DNA of 64,000 nucleotides, taken from assembly GCA_016872115.1 (NCBI GenBank), contig VHBC01000008.1, positions 15,430-79,429 of the forward strand, read 5' to 3'. Positions 46,001 to 52,667 of the stretch are shown in pieces. The notes beneath the pieces were generated by a model, which saw only the letters and a program-made list of their open reading frames with translations, did no database searches and was not told the origin of the DNA. This DNA comes from Sphingomonadales bacterium. Its GTDB lineage: Bacteria; Bacteroidota; Bacteroidia; Flavobacteriales_D; Crocinitomicaceae. The translations under genes were made by a program, and so were the position numbers. Within the stretch, counting starts at the first letter, position 1. Each line of letters begins with the position of its first letter.

Positions 46001-46114
46001 AACGGGAGTATCAAACAGCCTTTAGAGCTCAGCCCGAAAATTGCGGCTGGTACTTATTATCTTGGTTTATACGACGGCCAACAAGCTGCAGTATTACAAT
46101 TCATTAAAAAATAA
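43007..46114 (+). CDS. Large secreted protein with SprB-type repeats and a T9SS C-terminal domain
   Basis: 1035 aa with a signal peptide. Four units of about 75 aa (C..NG.I....GG..PY.YS......Q....F.NL.AG.Y...V.D.NGC). C-terminal LYPNPNNGSFEIEI...GTYYLGL tail. Confidence 0.7.
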   Translation: MKLHYLIVCLLFVQQFRAQQAEFYGYFSPGTAQLIAAPTGADANKEIIVPNFKGRELAVQMSGNAHQPDWVWQQHQNYQKTTSASLLWQLQGIGNGISPPDPTGEADSTVYIQGTNAGSGGSYKIFNKTTGTAISGTLVMATLGSPTVTGLGDPVILYYKSAKRWIITQFSTSSQKKLLVYVSQTSNPQGTYNFYQFTCPNFPDYPKWSICETADALLASTNEGGPPRVYAMKLSALISGATSPFIGVAIGYTLNGFGFQSITPVDLEGDLPGPVGQKPLFVRHRDDEKHSNGSPDSPTNDWIEIWEMTINWTNNTGSVAKIQDVPITEIDSDLCGLTSFSCIAQPGTTVKLDPLRECVMYKAPMRVFNDHQAMVLCLATDVNGNNRAGVRWLELRRPTGSTGSWSLYQEGTYAPGTTLNRWMPAINIDKYGNIMMAYSTSGTTAPDYPSIQMTGRKACDPLGQMTLPETMIKQGLSARTSNTRWGDYHHMCIDDFDGLTFFYTGVVMNSNNNIVTNVSAFKMNADSLDLAILDAFAAQSGGICGTSTQIAVVVENRGANAVNSFSMSSQVGTATASTQTYTTASLNAYQSVDTVLITVSGLQAGANTINLQLANINGNGNDENTCNDTYSINLNVLGASSFTVNPIASQQPSCNSSNGIIQLQTTGTGAPFTFSVDNSPTQTTNVFNNLAAGSYNYSVTDNAGCTVSGTVILVATTNIAATVSQTATISCTGSQTATIVVSPTGGTAPYSFTINNGADQASNTFVNLGAGTYTIGIIDANGCSTTLTYMVTEPPALTVNMIPTMISCNGANDGMLTSQVSGGTSPYTYSLNGGTAVNTPNFNNLAAGTYMLTATDANGCQQAFTSTITEPSVLTLTASTTVSNGNDGTIALSATGGNSPYSYSMDGQIYYSGSFFANLGIGTFTCYVKDNNGCVTSIEVTVNSSSLNELTFELLSLYPNPNNGSFEIEIDGVQGQVIEAKLFNVLGQQISSFKLYAQNGSIKQPLELSPKIAAGTYYLGLYDGQQAAVLQFIKK
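44927..45832 (+). repeat. Four tandem SprB-like domain repeats (protein-level) inside the 1035-aa gene
   Basis: Periodic Cys/Gly/Tyr pattern: PSCNSSNGIIQL..., ISCTGSQTATIV..., ISCNGANDGMLT..., VSNGNDGTIAL... Confidence 0.65.
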
Positions 46115-46164
46115 GTTTAGAATTCAAAGGTACTTACGCAAACAAGACGTAGAAATGACAAAAA

Positions 46165-46189
46165 AGCCGCTTTTTCAAGCGGCTTTTTT
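46165..46189. terminator. Bidirectional rho-independent terminator between the convergent T9SS protein gene and secDF
   Basis: AGCCGCTT-tttc-AAGCGGCT hairpin flanked by an A run (5') and T5 (3'). Confidence 0.85.
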
Positions 46190-46210
46190 GTTAAGATAAA
46201 TGGGGTAATA

Positions 46211-49207
46211 CTAAGCGCGCAGACGCTTAGAGAAGTCGAGTAAGATTGGCGTTGCAACGCAAAGCGAAGAATACGTACCAATTAATACACCGACAAGTAG
46301 TGCAAATAAGAAACCTTTAATAGCTGGGCCGCCAAAAATGAACATGATGAGGACAACCACGAATAAGATCATGGAAGTATTGAATGTTCTAGAAAGCGTG
46401 CGGTTAAGTGAGCTATTGATGATGTCACCGTGGTTGTCATCGACTTTGCTCTTGCGTAGGTTTTCGCGGATACGGTCAAATACAATGACGGTATCGTTCA
46501 TGGAGTAACCAATTACGGTAAGAATTGCAGCTATAAACGCTTGATTCACATCCAAAGTAAATGGCAAGTAACCGTGAAGTAAAGAGAAGATGGAAATCAC
46601 AAAGAAAGCATCGTGAGCCAAACCAACAATGGCACCCAAGGAATACTGCCAGTGGCCAAAACGAATGAGAATATAGGCAAAAATAGCCAATAGCGCAAGC
46701 GTAATGGCGATTGTGGAAGAGGTCCAGAGCTCACTAGAGATAGAGGCTGAGATGGCACGAGATTCTTGGATATCGTAGCTTCCCATTTGATCCTGACAAG
46801 CTTCTAAGCCAGCTTTAAGTTGGTCATTGACTTGATCTGTAGCGCCGTCATTGTTGAGCAAGTAGTTGGTGACGATTTCCACGTTGTAATCATTGGATTT
46901 GGTTTTGAGGTCAATAGAAGCGGTTTCTCCGTTCTCAACAAATACTTTGCTGAGTTCTTTGCGAATGACTTCAATATCCGCTTTTTTCTCAAATTTAACC
47001 GCAAAGGTGCGGCCACCAGTAAATTCCACACTCTGCTTAAGACCACGTGTAGAAAGTGAGATGATTCCGGCGATGGTAACGATGATAGAGAAGGCATAGA
47101 AGAACTTTCTTTTGCCCATCCAGTCAAAGTTGAAGTTTTGGAACAAACCTTGTGAATACTTGGTACTGAAACCGACTGCTTTGCCTTTTGACAGCCAAGA
47201 ATGAATGGCTAATTCGGCAATCACCATTGCAGAGAACATAGATGTAAAAATACCAATGATGAGCGTGGTGGCAAATGATTCGATTTCACCTGTACCAAAA
47301 ATCTTTAGAATAATGGCTACCAATAAGTGAGTGACATTCGCATCGATAATCGATGGAAGTGCTTTGCGGAAACCAGTGCTAATAGCCGTTTCAGTATCAG
47401 CACCAATAGCTTGTTCTTCGCGGACACGCTCAAAGATGAGAATGTTGGCATCAACTGCCGTACCAATAGTAAGAACGATACCAGCGATACCGGCAAGCGT
47501 TAGGACTGCACCAAACGAAGCAAGTGATCCGAAAATGAAAACGACGTTTACGATGAGAGCAATGTTAGCTGCTTGGCCCGCTTTGCCGTAATAGAACATC
47601 ATGTAAAGAAGTACAGCAATAAACGCTACACCAAAAGAAATGAGACCTGCTTTGGAGTTTTCAGCACCAATGGTTGGCCCTACTTTTTGAAGGTCTTTGA
47701 TCACACACGGTACAGGTAGTGCACCACCATTGAGCAATCCAGCGAGGTCTTCGGCTTCTTGGAAAGTGAAGCTTCCAGAGATTTGGGTATTGCCGTTTGT
47801 GATGGCGTTAATTACGCGAGGTGCGCTATACACAACGCTGTCCATGGAGATCGCAATAATGCGATCTTTGTTTTCTGTTGTCATACGACCCCATTCATTG
47901 GTACCTTCGTCGGTCATGGAAAGACTGACGATGATACTACCATCTGTTTGATCGTAGTCTACTTTTGCGTTGTTGACGTGTTCGCCACGAACACGCGCTT
48001 TACCGTTGTCTGGAATACGACAAGCGTAAAGGAAATAAGCGGTTTTCTTGGTTTTATTGTCAATACTTTCTGGCTTGGCAGACCACATAAATTTGAGTTC
48101 TGGTGGGAAGGCGTTTTTGATGTCTTTGCGACGTAAAATGGCATCGACGTTTGCTTTCTCTGTTGCACTTACATAGCCAATTGCATAACCGCCAACGGGA
48201 GTTACGTAATCAGCCAGACTTTTCTTGGATGCGTTTGAGATGGTTGATTGAGGGTTTACTGCTACAGTTTCTGCAGCGGTATCTTGGGTAGTAGCAGTGG
48301 TATCGGTTGCGGTGGTATCGGCAATAGCGAGGTCGTCAATAACGATTTCATTCAGTTTGCTCAAGCGTGCAGCCTCTTTCCACTGGGTTTGGATTTGCTC
48401 TGGCATGTAAGTTTCGTAAAACTCAAGGTTTGCTGTGGAGCGGATTTTACGAGAAACCGTTTCTTCATCTTGAACACCCGGTAGTTCGATATAAAGACGG
48501 TTGGTAGCGAGGTCTCTTTGGATATTTGGTTGGGCTACACCAAATTGGTTGATACGGCGACCAATGATATCTTCAATGCCTTTCATAGAGGAAGCTACCA
48601 AGTCTCTGAGGTAATTTTCGACTTCGGCGTCGGTAGTTTTGATACCGATAGATTCTCCGCGAATGATGTAACTCAAAGGAAGCGCACCATTTGCTTTTTT
48701 GTAGGCGCTAATGAAAGTGGCAATGAAGTCACCGCCGTCGCGGTTATAAGCAGCAACAGCACGGTTAAAAGGTTTGGTGAATTTAGGGTCAGTGACACTT
48801 TTGACGTGGCCACGAATGAGGTCAGGATAGGAGATTTCCACGGTTACGCTCATACCACCAACGAGGTCTAGACCAAAGGCCAAGGACATTTTTTTAACTT
48901 GCGCGAAAGTAGAACCTAACACAGGATAAACTGGTTTTTCGCCTTTTTCGCGGAGGATTTCGTTGAGGAAAGCCGCTTTGGCTAGCTCAACGGCTTCTGG
49001 GTTATTGAAATCAACTGGAGTACCGTTTGGTAAAATGGCTTTTCCATTGTTGCTTTTGGCTTCATCTTGAAGCATTTTTACTTTGAGATCAGCTTCTTTA
49101 GCAGCCTTTGTTTCAACGTTGCTGGCTACCCATGTAAAGGAAAGCTGATAAACGCAAACAGCAGTAAGAAGAATGGACAGGAACCAAAAAAATCCTTTTA
49201 AACGCAT
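46211..49207 (-). CDS. secDF: Protein translocase subunit SecDF (fused)
   Basis: 998 aa. SecD-like periplasmic domain plus 6 TM, followed by SecF-like 6 TM. Fusion of the type usual in Bacteroidota. Confidence 0.9.
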   Translation of the reverse strand: MRLKGFFWFLSILLTAVCVYQLSFTWVASNVETKAAKEADLKVKMLQDEAKSNNGKAILPNGTPVDFNNPEAVELAKAAFLNEILREKGEKPVYPVLGSTFAQVKKMSLAFGLDLVGGMSVTVEISYPDLIRGHVKSVTDPKFTKPFNRAVAAYNRDGGDFIATFISAYKKANGALPLSYIIRGESIGIKTTDAEVENYLRDLVASSMKGIEDIIGRRINQFGVAQPNIQRDLATNRLYIELPGVQDEETVSRKIRSTANLEFYETYMPEQIQTQWKEAARLSKLNEIVIDDLAIADTTATDTTATTQDTAAETVAVNPQSTISNASKKSLADYVTPVGGYAIGYVSATEKANVDAILRRKDIKNAFPPELKFMWSAKPESIDNKTKKTAYFLYACRIPDNGKARVRGEHVNNAKVDYDQTDGSIIVSLSMTDEGTNEWGRMTTENKDRIIAISMDSVVYSAPRVINAITNGNTQISGSFTFQEAEDLAGLLNGGALPVPCVIKDLQKVGPTIGAENSKAGLISFGVAFIAVLLYMMFYYGKAGQAANIALIVNVVFIFGSLASFGAVLTLAGIAGIVLTIGTAVDANILIFERVREEQAIGADTETAISTGFRKALPSIIDANVTHLLVAIILKIFGTGEIESFATTLIIGIFTSMFSAMVIAELAIHSWLSKGKAVGFSTKYSQGLFQNFNFDWMGKRKFFYAFSIIVTIAGIISLSTRGLKQSVEFTGGRTFAVKFEKKADIEVIRKELSKVFVENGETASIDLKTKSNDYNVEIVTNYLLNNDGATDQVNDQLKAGLEACQDQMGSYDIQESRAISASISSELWTSSTIAITLALLAIFAYILIRFGHWQYSLGAIVGLAHDAFFVISIFSLLHGYLPFTLDVNQAFIAAILTVIGYSMNDTVIVFDRIRENLRKSKVDDNHGDIINSSLNRTLSRTFNTSMILFVVVLIMFIFGGPAIKGFLFALLVGVLIGTYSSLCVATPILLDFSKRLRA

Positions 49208-49222
49208 TTCTTGAATTTTTGA

Positions 49223-49271
49223 ATTTGAATTAAGGTTGCAAATATAGGATTTTGCAACTTGAAATTCAAAT
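49223..49271. repeat. AT-rich imperfect inverted repeat between the GT4 gene and secDF
   Basis: The arms ATTTGAATTAAGGTTGCAAA and TTTGCAACTTGAAATTCAAAT are separated by 8 nt. The core GTTGCAAA/TTTGCAAC is perfect. It overlaps the TATATTTG box. Confidence 0.5.
49239..49246 (-). promoter_or_regulatory. -7 promoter box (TATATTTG) for secDF
   Basis: Exact TAnnTTTG on the minus strand, 31 nt upstream of the secDF ATG. Confidence 0.4.
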
Positions 49272-49278
49272 AAAATAT

Positions 49279-50406
49279 CTAGCCGCGTTCTGCCAAGTTA
49301 ATCAGGCTTTTAGCGAATTGGGACCAAGCTTCATCGAGATTTAGTTTGTTCAGCGCCAGTTGTTCATTGCATCTATGTATATCTCCCTGATCAAAAAGAC
49401 TTTGGACCCGCGAAGCGAAGTCCACAGACTGTGTTGAATGTAATTCAAAACCTTGTCCATTTGTGGAGAGACCTTCAGCCAAGCCACCTGCATTTGTACA
49501 TAAAACTGCGCGTTCTTGAGTCAAAGCAAGCGCTCGAACCCCGGATTGTGTAGCACTTAAGTACGGTAATACGACTAAATCAGCGGCCTTAAAATAGGAA
49601 GCAACATCATTTTCGGGAATATAAGTGGATACAAATTTCCAATTTTTGTGCGGTAATTTATTTAAGGCCTCAAGATAGACCTTGGGGTCTCCGTAGACTT
49701 CACCGGCAATTAAAAGCTGATAGCTTTCATCGAGCAATTCAAATGCGGCTATTAATTCAGAAAGCCCTTTGTAGGGCCGAATAAGACCAAAAAATAAAAG
49801 TGTCTTTTTTTGTGGATCCAGGTCCAGCACTGCACAAGCTTCTTCTTTGGACAGCGTTGTTGGTTTGGCCTCGTATGGAGGATGCGGCAAAACAATTACC
49901 CTGGCCTGCGGTTTGAGGGCCAAAACTTCGGTTTGAACAGCTGCAGATAGCACCACAAACGCGTCGTAAGCGTTCAAGAAGAGGCGATTGAAAAACACAT
50001 CAAAAAAGCGCTTTTCATGCGGGTTCAGGTTGTGTATGATCGCTATTTTTTGAGTCGATTTGGGTAAAAACCAGGTCCAAAATACCATCATGGGCGCCAT
50101 GAAAGTCATCCAGTACGACGTGACAAAAACAGCTGGTTTTTCTTTTCTAAAGCGCAGGGCGGCCACTAGATAAGTTAAGGGGTTAAAAGTGGAAACAACG
50201 CGCTTAAAATGCACGGTTTGCGCCGCTGTGTCAAATTGAGAGGACCCGGGAAAAAGGAAGTTTGGATACTGTTTAATGAAGGTAAACGCTTTGACATTTT
50301 GCTGTTGTCGTAAAGCTTCTAAAACACACATGCTAAATTTAGAAATACCACCCCGAAAAGGAGGTAGCGCCGAAAAAAATACCCAAGTTTTAGTTGGTTT
50401 TCTCAT
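49279..50406 (-). CDS. Glycosyltransferase family 4 (GT-B, GT1-type C-terminal domain)
   Basis: 375 aa. Typical GT4 C-terminal half (LLFFGLIRPYKG...LLIAGE...PY...SG). ATGA overlap with the upstream gene. Confidence 0.7.
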   Translation of the reverse strand: MRKPTKTWVFFSALPPFRGGISKFSMCVLEALRQQQNVKAFTFIKQYPNFLFPGSSQFDTAAQTVHFKRVVSTFNPLTYLVAALRFRKEKPAVFVTSYWMTFMAPMMVFWTWFLPKSTQKIAIIHNLNPHEKRFFDVFFNRLFLNAYDAFVVLSAAVQTEVLALKPQARVIVLPHPPYEAKPTTLSKEEACAVLDLDPQKKTLLFFGLIRPYKGLSELIAAFELLDESYQLLIAGEVYGDPKVYLEALNKLPHKNWKFVSTYIPENDVASYFKAADLVVLPYLSATQSGVRALALTQERAVLCTNAGGLAEGLSTNGQGFELHSTQSVDFASRVQSLFDQGDIHRCNEQLALNKLNLDEAWSQFAKSLINLAERG

Positions 50407-51167
50407 TGATTAGGATCTAAATTTTGGGCTTTGCATCGTTCTAAAAAAGCTTTGAGTTCTTTGTCTGTGAGCGCATAGCCATCTCGGTACATGACGCGTT
50501 TTTTGGTGTTGCCGAGTTTGTCAAAGTACGTCATCCAGCCGTGAGGTAGGTCTCGTTGGTAATTGACTTTGGTCATCACTTGCCCAGTGTTGTAATATTC
50601 GGTCCAAAGCCCGACGCGTTGACCTTGTTGGTAGGTACCATGTAGTTTAGACTTACCGTTGTAGAAATACTCTTGATAGGCGCCGTCTAACTTGCCATTT
50701 GAATAGTATACCACTTTCTGAACTTGAAGTTTTTGCTCCAAAAACTGACCTTCTTTGAAATAATATGTCGACTTACCATGAAGCTGATCTAGTTTATAGT
50801 TTTCTGCGCTCATTAGCTCGCCACTTGGCGCGTAATTGTACCATAACGAGTCTTTTTTCTCACCTTTGTAAAAGCCATCGGATAGCAACTGACCGTTATC
50901 AAAAAACAATAAGGCAGCGGTAACGCCACCTGGTAGACCATGCTGCAACTCTGCTTTTTTTTGACCCGACTCAAAATAATAAATAAAGGTACCTATCGGT
51001 TTGTCGTCCTTGAAGGCGCCTTTATATTGCAAAACATTGGTTCCTGGGTAATTTTTCTGCCAAGATCCCTGTTTACGCCCTTTGGCATCGGTCTGATTGA
51101 ACTGACCATAAGCCAATTGAATAAAAGCAAAACATGTAATAATGAAAGCGGTTATTTTCATAGGCAT
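50403..51167 (-). CDS. Secreted MORN-variant repeat protein (YwqK-like)
   Basis: 254 aa with a signal peptide. Repeated G.W..YY..G pattern (GSWQKNYPG, GTFIYYFESGQ, DSLWYNYAPSGE, GAYQEYFYNGK, GLWTEYYNTGQ). Confidence 0.6.
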   Translation of the reverse strand: MPMKITAFIITCFAFIQLAYGQFNQTDAKGRKQGSWQKNYPGTNVLQYKGAFKDDKPIGTFIYYFESGQKKAELQHGLPGGVTAALLFFDNGQLLSDGFYKGEKKDSLWYNYAPSGELMSAENYKLDQLHGKSTYYFKEGQFLEQKLQVQKVVYYSNGKLDGAYQEYFYNGKSKLHGTYQQGQRVGLWTEYYNTGQVMTKVNYQRDLPHGWMTYFDKLGNTKKRVMYRDGYALTDKELKAFLERCKAQNLDPNQ

Positions 51168-51697
51168 TGACTTAAATAGGCAAGATGTGGAATTCGCAAA
51201 TCGGGCAGCTCTTTAGCGTGTTCTGCTGACTCCACCAATACTGTAAACATACCAAGTTTCTTGCCAAATTGGATATCTGTATTGGTGTCGCCAACCATGA
51301 TGGATTTGGAAAAATCGATTTGGGGAAAAACCTGTTGAGCTTCAAGGCCCATTGCTATGCTTGGCTTACGGCGTTGAGGGGTTCCATTTTTAAATTCGGT
51401 TGCAGCCAAAACCAAATCGATGTGCAAGCCAGCTTTGTCCAATTCCTGGCACATTTGAAAATGAATCGAATCGAGCTGCTCTTGACTTAACAAACCCTTG
51501 GCAATGCATTGTTGATTGGTTACAACGATTACCCTATCAAAGGCCGCACCTATTTTGGCTGCATTGTGTAAGAGACCTGGTGTAAAATGAAAGTCAGACC
51601 AAGAGAGCACATAATTATTAAAAATGCGCTCATTGATGACACCATCGCGATCCAAAAAGAGTGTCCAACCTGGGCCTATTTGGGATAGTTGGGTCAT
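51158..51697 (-). CDS. HAD-IIIA family phosphatase (GmhB / histidinol-phosphatase-like)
   Basis: 179 aa. Motif I LFLDRDGVIN, motif II VVTNQ, RRKP, motif IV MVGDTNTD. No GmhB Zn-Cys motif. Confidence 0.7.
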   Translation of the reverse strand: MTQLSQIGPGWTLFLDRDGVINERIFNNYVLSWSDFHFTPGLLHNAAKIGAAFDRVIVVTNQQCIAKGLLSQEQLDSIHFQMCQELDKAGLHIDLVLAATEFKNGTPQRRKPSIAMGLEAQQVFPQIDFSKSIMVGDTNTDIQFGKKLGMFTVLVESAEHAKELPDLRIPHLAYLSQCL

Positions 51698-52638
51698 TGG
51701 CCGATTTTGCCCGAAATAAGATAATGATTGCGCGTGCTAGAGTTCCTGCCAATGAGTTCGGCAATAAAACCAGCCATAAAAAACTGTACACCGATAACCA
51801 TGGCAACCAAAGCCACATAAAAATCTGTGCGCGTCGATAAGCGTTCAGCAGTATGATGTATCAAGAGTTTATCAATACCCATGTAGGCAAAAAGGCCAAA
51901 CCCTAAGACAAACATAAATAAACCAACCGCTCCAAAAAAGTGCATTGGTTTTTTGCCAAACTTGCCCATAAAGGCCACGGTCATGAGGTCAAGTGGGCCA
52001 TTCAAGAACCGATTGAGTCCAAATTTGGTTACCCCAAATTGACGTGCACGGTGAACGACGACTTTTTCTCCAATTTTATGAAATCCTGCATTTTTGGCAA
52101 GAGCAGGAATATAGCGGTGCATATCGCCGTAGAGCTCTATACTTTTGACAACCTCATTTTTGTAAGCTTTCAGACCACAATTGAAATCATGGAGGTGAAT
52201 GCCTGTAATACGGCGCGCTGCCCAATTGTATAGTTTGGTTGGGACGGTTTTAGAAATAGGGTCGTGTCTTACTTTTTTCCAGCCAGAGACGACGTCTAGG
52301 TCTTGTTGGGTCACCATGCGGAACAATTCTGGAATTTCGTCGGGTGAATCTTGTAAATCGGCATCCATGGTAATAACGACCTCTCCTTGAGCCGCCTCAA
52401 AACCAACTTGAAGGGCTGCGGATTTGCCGTAGTTGCGTTGAAAACGCAGGGCTTTTACGGCTTTATTTTGAGCGCTCAACGCCGTGATTACTTCCCAAGA
52501 TTGGTCTTTGCTACCGTCATCGATGAACCAAATTTCATAAAAAAAGGCATGTGCGTCCATGACGCTCACAATCCAGTCGTGGAGGGCAGGCAAGGATTCA
52601 GCTTCGTTGTAAAGTGGGATGACGATCGATAGTTGCAT
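51694..52638 (-). CDS. Glycosyltransferase family 2, polyprenyl-phosphate sugar transferase-like (ArnC/GtrB/DPM1 type)
   Basis: 314 aa from ATG 52638 (MQLSIVIPLYNE). DAD motif ITMDADLQD. Two C-terminal TM helices. The longer 52773 start would overlap the upstream gene and the promoter box. Confidence 0.75.
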   Translation of the reverse strand: MQLSIVIPLYNEAESLPALHDWIVSVMDAHAFFYEIWFIDDGSKDQSWEVITALSAQNKAVKALRFQRNYGKSAALQVGFEAAQGEVVITMDADLQDSPDEIPELFRMVTQQDLDVVSGWKKVRHDPISKTVPTKLYNWAARRITGIHLHDFNCGLKAYKNEVVKSIELYGDMHRYIPALAKNAGFHKIGEKVVVHRARQFGVTKFGLNRFLNGPLDLMTVAFMGKFGKKPMHFFGAVGLFMFVLGFGLFAYMGIDKLLIHHTAERLSTRTDFYVALVAMVIGVQFFMAGFIAELIGRNSSTRNHYLISGKIGQ

Positions 52639-52655
52639 GGTCAGATTCTTCGTTT

Positions 52656-52663
52656 CAAAGATA
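52656..52663 (-). promoter_or_regulatory. -7 promoter box (TATCTTTG) for the GT2-HAD-MORN-GT4 operon
   Basis: Exact TAnnTTTG on the minus strand, 17 nt upstream of ATG 52638. Confidence 0.4.
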
Positions 52664-52667
52664 CGTT

